DNA of 64,000 nucleotides from Octopus bimaculoides (lineage: Eukaryota). Position 1 is the first letter of the stretch. Each line of letters begins with the position of its first letter. The DNA is taken from the NCBI RefSeq assembly GCF_001194135.2, contig NC_068986.1:103189384-103253383 (forward strand), given 5' to 3'. Below are positions 24,573-37,589 of the stretch, piece by piece. Below the pieces are notes generated by a model. It was not told where the DNA came from and searched no databases. It saw only the letters and a list, made by a program, of their open reading frames with translations. The translations under genes and the position numbers were made by a program.

Positions 24573-25692
24573 GTATCTTGACCAACAATGGCCTCCCCTT
24601 ATAGGAGATATGCAATTTATAAACTGAGACGTTAAAAAGTAATCCATATGTGCATACGCATGCACAAACCTGTTCATTGAAAAATATCGCTTCGCATGTA
24701 AGTAGGTTTTATTGTTATAGGTTCAATCCTGTTGCATTGCACTGTGAAAAGATGTCTTCTTTTTAGTTCCTACTCCAGCTTATCAATCGATTTCAGTAGT
24801 GGTATTTAGATGTTTAATATAAATGTTCTGTCAGATTTTGATATGACTTTAGAAAAACATAATATCGGTGATTATAGACGTATTTCATCAAAATTATATT
24901 AACAAGTCATTTTTATAATCTTATTAAGTCTGTCAATAAGTTTTTGTGTGTCACTTATGTTTTGACCTCAGTTAGAGATTAACACATTTTTGACAGTTTC
25001 TTCAAGTTTGTCTAGCTCTATCAAAATACTTTTGTAAACGCCTATACAAGTGATTTAATTGATGAATTTAGGCAGGGTATATTGTTAGGCGGTTGAGCGT
25101 CAGACAAAGAACAGAAATTGTGATTTTATCGTTATTTATTAAAGTTAAGGAAACTTTTAAATCGTCTTGTAAATTTATAGTGGTATCTATAGTTACTGAT
25201 GGAAATAATTCTTATTTTGTGACATTAATATATTGGGTTAAGATCGCTTTAGAAAACTTTGAAGGCGGACACACAGTACTGTAAACAAGATAGACGTTGT
25301 GTTAGTAAACATATCATTTGCTATCTCGAAAAGGTGAGATCTTCATTCTTAAGATTAGTAATTTCCCAATTTGTTTCATTCAAGGTCTGTGGCCAGTCTT
25401 CCGTTCTGAAACTTTTTCACGGCTAGTTCAAATTTGACTTAAATCTTCACGATTACAATCAAATAATAAACTAGTTTATGGAGGTGAAAGTAAACTGATA
25501 AAAACCAGTTGCAGCAATGAACGTGATAGCCTGCGGCACTTTTCCGACTCTTTGGTTTCTCACTTGATGGCAGGTAGATTTCATTCAACACCATTATCTG
25601 GCAGTAGTGCAGTCCACTGAGTTGCTATCATCCAGGACTAGCTTCATGTTGAGGATTTGGTGCAGTGACATAAATTTTCCCATACAAGTTTC

Positions 25693-26284
25693 GGATCTTT
25701 TTTAAAACGGGGGCCACATTTTTCATTAACGAAACACTTTGAAACTTGGAACACTGGTAGAATGTGTCATATAAAACATCTTTTTCTCTTAGTCTTCTTT
25801 AAAAAAAAAGAAATCCATAAGTTATTCCATGTTAAAGTTGTCGTATTTCTGTAATTTCAACCAATCACTGACGTCCATTCAGCCGATATACATTAAGTGC
25901 CGACTACATAAACAAACGATTCTGAAACAATTAACCCTAACCCTAACCCTAACCCTAACTCTAACCCTAGGGTTAGGGTTAGGGTTAGGGTTAAAGCAAA
26001 TTTAAAATGAAAAAAGCAAATAAAACGAAGGTATGGAGATTAAATACGCTTTACATCGCTTAATCAGCCAAAGGAGTAAATGTAAACAACTGAATACTTG
26101 TCAGTGATTGGTTGAAATTATCGAAATAAGACAATTTTTAACATGAAATACATTCGAATACAAAAATATTTTTCTGTTCTATAACACAAAATAGATAAGT
26201 ATACGAAGTTTGAAAGTCTTTCCGTACCAAAAACACTACGTAAAACATTAATGAAAAATGTGGCCCCCGTTTTAAAATAGATCT
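25693..26284. mobile_element. Non-autonomous DNA transposon (MITE), Merlin-like, with central telomeric palindrome; copy 1
   Basis: TIR GGATCTTTTTTAAAACGGGGGCCACATTTTTCATTAA / TTAATGAAAAATGTGGCCCCCGTTTTAAAATAGATCT. 8-bp TSD CAAGTTTC/CAAATTTC. (CCCTAA)n-CCCTAGGG-(TTAGGG)n at 25931-25993. Confidence 0.9.
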
Positions 26285-26892
26285 CAAATTTCTGTTAGTT
26301 TTGCGATGGTATGACTTGAATTATGGCGCAATATAACATTTTTCTCCTCTCTAAGTACTGGCTTTATTTGTCCAAAAGTGTATTCAATTTATATAGCTGT
26401 AACAGTAAAACTACGTGCAATTGTCTTATTGTTCAATAATTCATAATACACGGTATCTTACATATCTGCCATACACGCTATATAGTCTTCTTTGAATAGC
26501 AAACCCTTCTAAAGTAAACGCGAAGTGAGTTACATCAATCATTATGACTAAGACATTAACGACGGCTCATAGGGACTCAATTCGCATTGTAACATCAACA
26601 TCCAAAAAAAGAAACCCGGTGTGAAAACAACAATTCACAATAATTCAACGCACCTACCGTTTCTCACACGTAATCCCTTAGGGTCTCTTTTCCAATATTT
26701 TATACTTTTCTCTTTGAAATGACTCCTAATATATTTACACGGAATGGTAGGATCTGCTGCCAAAACTGCCTCCGTGGAATCAAGTCACCTAGATGATCGC
26801 TTTGAACGTATTCTTCGGATTATGGGCCCAACTTTTGAAAAGGGAAACAAATCACAACAAATCCGTTCAGAATTATTCTCTGGTTAGAATAA

Positions 26893-27290
26893 TGTTGGAC
26901 GTAGGCGTAGCTCTGTTATTCGAAGCTCGCTTCTGGGTTCAGTTTCACTGCGTGGCACTTTCGGCAAATGTTTTCTACTATAGCCTTAGCCCGACCAAAG
27001 CCTTGTGAGTGGATTTGTTGGACGGAAACACAAAGAACCCCGTCTTATATTTATATCTATGTTTGTGTGTGTTTCGTTGTGTCTGTTTGTCCCCCACCGC
27101 CGCCTGACAACCGGTGGTAGTTTGTTTACGCCCCCGTAACATAGTGGTTCGACTGAGAGACCGATAGAATAAGTATCAGGTTTAAAAGTAAGTACTAGTG
27201 TCCATTCGTTCGACTGAACATTCTGAAAGGCAGTGCTCCTGTATGGCCGCAACCGAATGACTTAAACTAGTAACAAGTAAAAGATAAACG
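26893..27290 (+). mobile_element. SINE family B, near full length
   Basis: GGGTTCAGTTTCACTGCGTGGCAC...CTACTATAGCC..AGCCCGACCAAAGCCTTGTGAGTGGATTTG...TTTGTCCCCC...GAATGACTTAAAC. Confidence 0.85.
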
Positions 27291-27413
27291 ATCCGGCTTT
27301 AACTTGGTTGTTAAAATGCAAACAGTGTTTTAGACTCTACCACTCTTACACAATTCTGCAATTTTACTGACTGAAGCTCCCACACTGATCCCTTCAGTGA
27401 TTTATCCTCTTCT

Positions 27414-27965
27414 GAAGACGGCGAGCTGGCAGACACGTTAGCACGCCGGGCGAAATGCTTAGCGGTATTTCGACTGTCTTTACGTTCTGAGTTCAAATTC
27501 TGCCGAGGTCGCCTTTGCCTTTCATTCTTTCGGAGTCGATAAACTAAATACCAGTTGTGTACTGTGGTCAATCTAGATTCCCAGACCGGGCGTTTTGAGT
27601 GTTTATTGAGCGATAACACCTAAAGTTCCACAAGGCTCCGGCAGGGGATGGTGGTGAACCCCGCTGTACTCTTCCACCACAACTTTCTCTCGCTCTTTCT
27701 TCCTGTTTCAGTTGTACCTGTATTTGAAAGGGCCAGCCTTGTCACACTGTGCCACGCTGAATCTCCCATAGAACTACGTTAAGGGTACACGTCTCTGTGG
27801 AGTGCTCAGCCACTTGCACGTTAATTTCTCGAGCAGGCTGTTCTGTTGATCAGATCAACTGGAACCCTCGTCGTCGTAACCGACGGAGTGCCAACCACTG
27901 TGGTCGATCTAATCGACTGCCCCCTTCCACAGACATTTCGGGCCTTGTGCCTAGAGAAGAAAAAG
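27414..27965 (+). mobile_element. SINE A copy interrupted by a SINE C insertion
   Basis: A head and body at 27414-27575; A tail resumes at 27897-27965 (ATCGACTGCCCCC...GGGCCTTGTGCCTAGAG). Confidence 0.85.
27576..27896 (+). mobile_element. 5'-truncated SINE family C nested in SINE A
   Basis: Highly similar to the reverse complement of 33264-33636. Flanked by a 15-bp TSD ACTGTGGTC(A/G)ATCTA at 27561-27575 and 27897-27911. Confidence 0.9.
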
Positions 27966-28932
27966 AAAAGGATGTGTCCGCTTCTGAAATCACATAGCCC
28001 GTGCACTGTAACTTAATTAAATGGAAGAATCTACAAACCAGAAATAACAAACGTACTATGTTAAAGAATGCGAGGAATAGTTGATGCACTTAAACATACA
28101 CAGACTAGAACAATTTTAAATTTGTCATATTGCCAACCGAAAAAAAATAGTTAAATAAAATGCGGTGTTTCTCTTGTATTGCCCGACAGGTGTATTTAAT
28201 ATTGCACACATAGGAATATTAAATATTATTTTAAACTTTTTTCTCTGTTTGTATGTTTCCTTGAGTAGGTGTGAATGTATGTATGAGCTTGTGTGTCCCG
28301 GGTGTATTTATGTGTGAATTTATCTATCAATGCCTTGTGTCAATGCGTGTGTTTTATGTGTTTATGCCAGTGGTTTTGTTGCTGATATCAGTGTGTGCAT
28401 TTGTGTGTTGCTTATGTGTGCGCGTTTCTATGTGGCTGGTTGCATGTAATATATTGTATCTGTGCGTGCGTTCGTTTTCCTGCCAATGTCTCTTTGTGTA
28501 TGATGTTCTTTGTGTGGCATTGTCTATCTGCATGTGATTCTGCTTGCATGTGTTTGTGTGCTTAATTTATTAGTGTGTGTGTGCTCGGTATGTTTTGATG
28601 CTTCAGTATCTTTGTGCATATTATGTATGAATATATGTCTGTGTGCTCTAATATTCTTCATGTATATATTGTTGTCTCCCTTGTGTGTGTATATGTGCGA
28701 GCTCGTACTTCAACGCCTGTCGCTGTTTCTGCTAGTTTATATACGTATTTATAGAAGTGCATGCCTTTCTCCGTCTACACATGTATAAGAGTGGTTGTGT
28801 TTGGCAAGAAGCTTTCTTTCCAACCACATAGTATCGGGTTTAGTCCCATTCCGAGAAACCTTGGGCATACAGGTGGATGTAGGTAGGCACACACCTGTAC
28901 GTATATATGCATATACTCATTTACTATTTGTT

Positions 28933-28976
<44 letters not shown>

Positions 28977-30507
28977 NNNNNNNNNNNNNNNNNNNNNNNN
29001 NNNNNNNNNNNNNNNNNNNNNNNNNNNNNNNNNNNNNNNNNNNNNNNNNNNNNNNNNNNNNNNNNNNNNNNTATATATATGACGAGATTCTTTCAGTTTT
29101 CATATACCAAATCCACTCACAGAGCTTTGGTTGACCCGAGGCTATAGCATTAGTATTTTACAATCTTTTATTGTCTCCTTCTGCTTGCGAATATATGCAG
29201 TTATATGTATGTATGATGTGCATGATGTGTTTGCGAGTTTATATGCTACGTCCATGTGGTGCGAACATGTATTATTTTGTAGAGAGAATGTGCTGAAGTT
29301 TGAGTATTGTTTGTTGATGCATACTTGATTGTACATATATGACTTCAGAAAGAAAGACTCCAACCACCAGCCATCTTTCAACCCTGTAGACAAAAGAAAA
29401 ACCCTCAAGCTAGCAACCTGAGGGATAGATATTTTTGAAAACATTTGAACCACACAACACTGGTGGTAAACAAACTGACATTATTTAACTATGGGCACTG
29501 ATATTCAGAGAACGTCTCTCAAGTTACACCTCAAGAGATTTAAACTTTCACATATGTATCACACTGACTCACTGGCTATTTTTTTTTCCTTCGATCTTCC
29601 CTGGTAATCGGTATTCCATCTTATCTGTATGAATAGTACGACTTTATTATTTAATATAATACATTTACGTTTGTCTACCGTTAGACATTTTAGATGGCCA
29701 GATTTTTTGTCTTTCTTTTTTTCTTTTCTAAATTATGTGGCATATAGCTTACTTCAATCTTGACCCCACACTAAAATTATATAAATTGATGACACATTAC
29801 CTTTTAAAAATATCTTCTTTCGTTATTTAGCTATTTCTATAGCAACGTGGTATTTCATAGGCACTGCTGTAAGTATTGAGAATATTTTCATAACTAAATT
29901 AAGCATCACAATACAGGCTTCTTTGGAAAACTTTCTTTTCTTTCTCTTTCAGTAGAAATAATATAATCTAATACGACAGAAAATTTTGGAGCACAAAGCT
30001 TGTAGCCGAGTTCATTTTTATTTACGGTGACTAGCTAGTGTTTTTTACTTTTGTTTTTCTTCTCTTTTTTTTTTCTGTTACGTGTTACAAATTCTCCAAA
30101 GAGTTGTTCTAAAACATGTTCCGTATCGGTTTGTTAACTTTCAGCTTGTCACATTAAAACTAAAACAAATAATTCAACATATGATTATGCATGTCTGTAT
30201 ATTCGTATATGTGCGTGTGTCTCGGCTCCTCTGTGTCTAACTTCATATATTCTTATATATACGTATGTGTGTGTGTGCACGCATATTGTACGTATACAGT
30301 ATTACACAGTTGTATAGTATAATGCTAAACATGCATATTAATGCAGACATGTAACCATAATTCATTGCACAGTGAAATTATTACTACATGAAGACACGTG
30401 AAGTAGGATGCGTTTTGGCTGCAATCCTAAGGATGACAAGTAGCTATATAAATATATCCCCCTCTCTGCTGACATTTATAATACACACGCGCATACATAC
30501 ATACATG

Positions 30508-30547
<40 letters not shown>

Positions 30548-30765
30548 TATATANNNNNNNNNNNNNNNNNNNNNNNNNNNNNNNNNNNNNNNNNNNNNNN
30601 NNNNNNNNNNNNNNNNNNNNNNNNNNNNNNNNNNNNNNNNNNNNNNNNNNNNNNNNNNNNNNNNNNNNNATATATATGTATGTATGCACACACATTTATA
30701 TATCTATAATATATAGACATGTTCGCCTACACACAAACACTCACATACATACATAAATGTATAAC

Positions 30766-30831
<66 letters not shown>

Positions 30832-31397
30832 CACATATACGCAGGCACACTATAGATATACGTATGGAAATACAGAGAGACAGGGACTGAGAGACTTGGA
30901 TGGAAGCAGGAACATGTGACTAAAGTTTGTTCTGTGAATAACTACGTGTCTATATATACATATATACTTTACTTCACCCACGATAATTGTCTCATTTTCG
31001 TTCTCAATCTTCTTTTTTCCCAATATCCTTGACTTATCATCCAGAGAAATACATTTATATAGATTTTTGTTGATCGATACAATCTTTTTCTCTAAATTTA
31101 TCATTACGTGTACACACATTCAAACACAAACTCGCTCTCACACACACAAACACACACATACATATACACACACGTTCTCACACGCGAACTTGCACACCAC
31201 ACACAAACACATATACATACACGCACACACACACACATACGAATATATACATCTACATGTTGAATCTATATATATACACACATATGCAGAAACATATATA
31301 TATGTATGTATATATCTATTTACATATATACATACGTGCATATATATACATATATATATATATATTTACATATATACATACATGCATATACATATAC

Positions 31398-31460
<63 letters not shown>

Positions 31461-33263
31461 NNNNNNNNNNNNNNNNNNNNNNNNNNNNNNNNNNNNNNNN
31501 NNNNNNNNNNNNNNNNNNNNNNNNNNNNNNNNNNNNNNNNNNNNNNNNNNNNNNNNNNNNNNNNNNNNNNNNNNNNNNNNNNNNNNNNNNNNNNNNNNNN
31601 NNNNNNNNNNNNNNNNNNNNNNNNNNNNNNNNNNNNNNNNNNNNNNNNNNNNNNNNNNNNNNNNNNNNNNNNNNNNNNNNNNNNNNNNNNNNNNNNNNNN
31701 NNNNNNNNNNNNNNNNNNNNNNNNNNNNNNNNNNNNNNNNNNNNNNNNNNNNNNNNNNNNNNNNNNNNNNNNNNNNNNNNNNNNNNNNNNNNNNNNNNNN
31801 NNNNNNNNNNNNNNNNNNNNNNNNNNNNNNNNNNNNNNNNNNNNNNNNNNNNNNNNNNNNNNNNNNNNNNNNNNNNNNNNNNNNNNNNNNNNNNNNNNNN
31901 NNNNNNNNNNNNNNNNNNNNNNNNNNNNNNNNNNNNNNNNNNNNNNNNNNNNNNNNNNNNNNNNNNNNNNNNNNNNNNNNNNNNNNNNNNNNGAATTTTC
32001 TCCATTTTTCTGCTTAATTTATATATGTACGTATGTATGTATGTATGTATGTATGTATGTATGTATGTATGTATAAATATATATGTGTGTGTGTGTGTGT
32101 GTGTGCATCTACATATGTATGCATATATATTTTCATTTGTTTCTAAGTATGTGCATACATATATTTGTGCATGTGTATTTCTCATAGTCTGTGTGCGTTT
32201 ATCCGTCTGTGCGATTCAAATTTATCTATTTCCAATACTTCTAAAAATTACTGAATCTATAGTCATTAGTTTAACGGTGAAGCAGTTCTGACGTGCTTTC
32301 TTACACTGTTGACCTCAGTCGCTGCTTGCAATGACTTCATTTTTAACAAACTCAACTTCGATGTTTGTTAAAGTCGAGGTCTAAATGTTGAAATTATCAG
32401 GAAATTTTTCCTCCTTCGCAGCACCTATTGTAATATAAATGGCATCATTTATTATCATAATGTTACTTTAGTTAATGAAACTGGTTGACAGAAATGTGTG
32501 GAAGGTGAAGAAGTGTTAGTATTGAGGGTTAGAGAGTCACAATAATCAAATATTAAAGTATACACAAATCATTTTCCCAGAATAACAATTCATATATTTC
32601 GATTGTGAAGAACGGTGTGTTAAAAACAATACTCTGCCATTTGTTACGTTACGAAATATTCTATATAAATTCTAATCTTGTATACACATTCATAGATTTT
32701 ATTTTTATTTTAACAAGACAACAATTTTGTAACCCTAGAAATAAAAACGGTCAAGATATTCCATCTAAATATAAAACTGCCACTGAGCACATCAAAATCC
32801 TGAAAATTATAAAGGAATTTCATTTCTAGTGAAAGAATTGAAATCCATTAAATAATCCATTTTAACACTCTATTATATCCCGTTGATATATCTTTCTTGG
32901 GTTCAATCTAAATATTTGAATTTGTTCACAGGGCAGAAGATACGTTATTATTCATTTTAATTATAAGAGAACAGAAATAGATTTTCATATGCATGCTTTT
33001 CTAAAGTTATTTAACATGTACGAAATGAATTGTGTTCAACCTAAATAGGAAACGAAACTGAGCTATTCTGTTTGAGATTGTCCCTTGTTCATTTATAAAC
33101 CAGCTGACCACCGACTGGGTTACTGTGGAACCCATTCGTGAGGTAGGACATGGTCATATAACGTTTCCCAGCAAAATAGTATTACTCTAAGTAAATTGCA
33201 TTTATTTCTGCCGAGATTCAAATCTTGGTGGCGGTTTTCTTTCATTGATAGTCTAGCTTCATT

Positions 33264-33636
33264 TTGTTGGCACTTCGTCGCTTACGACGTCGAGGGTTCC
33301 AGTTGATCCGATCAACGGAACAGCCTGCTCGTGAAATTAACGTGCAAGTGGCTGAGCACTCCACAGACACGTGTACGCTTAACGTAGTTCTCGGGATGAG
33401 ACAGTGTGACAAGGCTGACCATTTGAAATACAGGCACAACAGAAACAGGAAGAAAGAGTGAGAGAAAGTTGTGGTGAAAGAGTACAGCAAGGTTCGCCAC
33501 CATCCCCTGCCGGAGCGTCGTGGAGCTTTAGGTATTTTCGCTCAATAAACACTCACAACGCTCGGTCTGGGCATCGAAACCGCGATCCTATGACCGAGAG
33601 TCCGCTGCCCTAACCACTGGGCCATTGGGCCTCCAC
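33264..33636 (-). mobile_element. Full-length tRNA-derived SINE family C
   Basis: Head GTGGAGGCCCAATGGCCCAGTGGTTAGGGCAGCGGACT...GGTTTCGATGCCC (A and B boxes). Perfect 14-bp TSD AGTCTAGCTTCATT at 33250-33263 and 33637-33650. Confidence 0.93.
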
Positions 33637-33904
33637 AGTCTAGCTTCATTACATCGGTTAATCAACAGTCTTGGTTTCACTATGCACAGACTTTCTATTC
33701 TCAGTTATAATTTTCTTTATAAATATTCTTTTTAGTGCTGATACAAACAAGCAATGTTAACAGTAGGAGATATGTGGGCCTCGACGAGCTTCATACTTCA
33801 CTGACACTTTATTTATTGAAACAGAAGCACCGAATGACTAAGTTGACTTCATGGGGTTTACGTTAGGGATGTAGAGTCAGGTGGACAGGTGAATAAACAT
33901 TTTG

Positions 33905-34060
33905 CCAGAGGCGCCAACAATTCTGTTGGGCACAAGACCTGAAATTTTGGGGTGAGGTAGCTGGTCAATTATATCGACACCAATGCTCAACTGGTATTTA
34001 CCAATTCCAGAAAGATGATAAGAGAAATAGACCTCGGCAGAATTTAAACTCAAAATGTTT
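33905..34060 (-). mobile_element. Decayed SINE A fragment
   Basis: GGCACAAGACCTGAAATTTTGGGG...ATCGACACCAATGCTCAACTGGTA...GACCTCGGCAGAATTTAAACTC. Confidence 0.65.
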
Positions 34061-34775
34061 TAGATGTTATAATAATTCAAAGTATATCTACGTCACTGTG
34101 ATAGTTTTCAGAAACTGTAACACAAATTTAATTTTTATTATTGAGTGAAATATAATTATGTATTATATGTCAGTTCCAATGTGATGATAGATTTGTTTCA
34201 GCTAGGAAAGGCGTCACATTTGCGAATCAGCGAAGCTGCTTCGTATACTGTTCCTTTGTTTGAAAAATACTACCGGACCACTTAAGTGACCGAAAGCTAT
34301 ATAACTATGCTATGATAAAAAGCCAATTGACATGACATCATCACATTGAAACATCGAAAGAATTACTTTATGATGACTCCTGTAAGAGTTAATAAATGTT
34401 GAGATATGACCCGTTATGAGATAATTAGGACTATTAATTTTGGGGACTTCGAAAATTAACTTATATCAAATGTCCATACGCTAAAGAATTTAGAAATATA
34501 TACGCAGCAAATATCATCAAAACTTTAATAAGTGATGGAAGTTAATATTCACGAATATACTATATCCGTATTTTTAAAATTCTGAAAGAAAATAGAAAGT
34601 AGATATAGGTTCTCCCTATGATCAAATGCTGGCGCGTGCACACACACGAACACACACACATACATACATACATACATATATATATATATGTATGTATATA
34701 TATACATATACACACAGACATATATATACACATGCATATATATGTATGTATATGTGTATGTATACACACACACAA

Positions 34776-34827
<52 letters not shown>

Positions 34828-34829
<2 letters not shown>

Positions 34830-34975
34830 TTGTGTTTGTTCCCCCACCATCGCTTGACAACCAATGTTAGTATGTTTACGTTCCTGTAAGTTAGTGGTTC
34901 GGCAAAAGAGACCAATAGATTAAAAGGCGGTGCTATAGCATGGCCACAGTCAAATGACTGAAACAAATAAAAGAA
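34828..34975 (+). mobile_element. SINE B 3' part, preceded by (AT)n
   Basis: TTTGTTCCCCCACCATCGCTTGACAACC...GGTTCGGCAAAAGAGACC...CATGGCCACAGTCAAATGACTGAAACA. Confidence 0.85.
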
Positions 34976-35559
34976 AAAATTGCACACATACACATACACA
35001 TATAAAAAATTCTTTCCGCAATACAGCTTATGGATAGATCCTGATTTTGTGTTTGTTAGTGGAATGCAATGCTTCTCTGAAACATTATACAAATACTCGT
35101 CACCAAGTTATGGCCATGGTGCATATTAAATTGAAATAAGCTGCGCATCTAACACAAGAACTTAAATATAGCAGATGAATGTACAAAAACTGGGATCCAA
35201 GTTACATTAGAAATTAAACATCGAAACAACAAGCATGGCCAGAATTGCTGTAAGCACATCGCCATTCATTGGATCGCTCAATATGTCGGCTATAATTCCA
35301 ATGCCTGGTATCGTTTCGGTGAAGATGAAAGAAGCTCCTGTTAAGCACCGGGATTGATATAATCGCCAAACCATTCTCTTCACCATTGCCGCTCTTGTAC
35401 CAAAATTAGTGTAATTCAATGCTTTCACTTGTAATACTCATTCAGAGTGGACGATTAAAATATATATATATATATATACATATTTTTGTCAGTAGTATTT
35501 AAGTTGAGGAAAATAAGGCCATCATAAAGCTGTTCAGTATTAAAAACTGAAAAATCTGT

Positions 35560-36797
35560 GAAATTATTTATTAGGTTGTGTTTATCAGAGAAACGAATAT
35601 TGAACACGTTATTGAAAAATTTGATCAATATTATTAAAATGCGTTGTACTGCAAGAATCAGGGTAGAGAGAAATTCTATTAGTATTGATTAACAGGACAT
35701 AACCATGCAGTGATTATACTGATGAAGTTTACAGCTAAAAGTCATTCTATCGAAGCTAACTGTGCGCTGGATGATTGATCCCGACAGTTGCGGGTCAGTT
35801 ACCCAAAACACAACTCGTGAAAAGTAATGTCAGTTTTGATAGAACATATCCCTCCCAATCCAGAAAACTGAATCCACATAGGACACCCTCTAAATCCAGA
35901 ACAAAGCAACATTACATTGTATTTTACCTATTCTTCTATTCGACAATAGTACTAGAATAGGCAGGTTTATTCAATTTTCGATAATTATAAAATTTGAGTT
36001 GATATCCATTGTTATGAGAAATGTTGTACAGATGCGACTACCAAAACAGCTGTAACATTATTCAATCAACTTTCAACGTTACACAACGTTGTGAATGTTA
36101 ACATCTTTCCTTTTGTCTATGGTGTAATGGCCAGAAAACTGACAGGGCTGACGAGGTTTTCTTAGAAAATAGTAATCCTTAAATTCAACCGCATCATTTA
36201 ACATAATAAAGACGCATTTTGAAAGAATGGCCATTAATGCATTTAGAGTAGCTTTACCAAATTTAACTTAAAATGGTCGTTTTGTTGATTCTGTTTTTAT
36301 TATTTTTTCATTTCTCCCAATGCATATTTCATTGCATTCAAACAAATGGTGCGCAGCAACCGTATGGAATTCACACAGAATTTGCATTGAAATGTTCATA
36401 TTGCAGCCTATGCACACGTGCCTTTTTAAAATGTCGTTCTTTGTTTCCAAAATTTATGCGACAATAATGGCCAGTTTCCGATTATATACATATAACATGT
36501 GGACTGGAAATACAGAATGTCGCCAACTACGTCGACATCTTTACTTTGAATACAAACTTCGGAATTATTTTGCATCTGCCTGGGAAGGTGCCTCTAGGAC
36601 AGACATCGATCATACAGCGAATTGATCGAGAGATAGCATCGTATAATCAGAATTTTTTTTTTTTTTTTTTAGAAATATTGAAAAAGAAACAATCAAGAAA
36701 CGAAATAATTGAATTCTATGTCGCCAGTGCAGATATTCCACATCACAAAAACAAATATAAAATATACAGCTACCAGAATTCAACACATCACCAATGA
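35560..36797 (+). pseudogene. Mutator/MULE transposase fossil with an N-terminal FLYWCH-like zinc-finger remnant
   Basis: Across several frames: RCTARIRV...HNHA; LLFDNS; DATTKTAVTLFNQLSTLHNVVNVNIFPFVYGVMARK (first Asp); IIKTHFERMAINAFRVALPN (second-Asp region); FFHFSQCIFHCIQTNG..QPY...EFALKC (CxxH motif region); WTG..RQLRR; FLEILKKKQSRNE. The order is colinear with MULE transposases. Confidence 0.8.
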
Positions 36798-37589
36798 ATA
36801 ACAAAATCGCGAAATAATGGATTATTTAAGAGCCAATGCTCATAACTTTTCTTTTAGAACTTTTTCTGACTCCAATTTAAAATAGCATTACCATTTTACA
36901 GCATTATTTTGTGATTCTATATTTAAAAGTAACTTCAGTGTGTTTTTGCTATATATATTGAGAAAATTTGATATTAATAAATTTTCTCTTTGAAATTCTT
37001 TTTCGTTGTTAATGTAATTCGACTTATTTACCCTGCAAATATAAAGAAAGTATAAAATAAATAATGTTTAGCAATGAATTTACAGTGCTAGTAAAAAGCA
37101 TGATAATCAATTTACCAACGATGTATTCGTTCAGCCGATCAAATTATAGTTGATGTATTTACTGTAATGGAATGACCCAAGTTATTTTACACCGATACAC
37201 TTTAGTCATTATATGGTAAACCGTATCGGATATACATCGGCAAGTATATTACATTCTTTCCATTCTTGAAGGGCTTTTGGTCCCAGGTTGCAACCACTGC
37301 GCTTCCACATCAATAAACAACTGTACAAAAGAAACGAAAATCTCTGATTGAAAGTCAATTTATGTGTGAGTAAGTGACCGTATTTTTGTGACTAATAATG
37401 AAACAGGCAACTTCACCTCATTTCAGAAGACCACGTACAATGGTCGCATGATTTGTTCGGAATAACCGTCAAATCTCCCTCATATTATTCCTACTGTTTT
37501 GACAAAGCTCGGACACAATAGGAGTGTAGAAATATGAATTTATCTCTAATAATGCTTTCAAATTTTGGGACAAAGCCAACAACTTTAGA

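Noticed and set aside
25931-25993. Head-to-head TTAGGG array as a relic of a chromosome end-to-end fusion
   Set aside because: It sits inside a TIR- and TSD-bounded element that recurs at 52759-53290, so it is transposon cargo.
29340-29400. Strong minus-strand acceptor TTTTTCTTTTGTCTACAG
   Set aside because: There is no convincing donor and no recognisable peptide in any frame.
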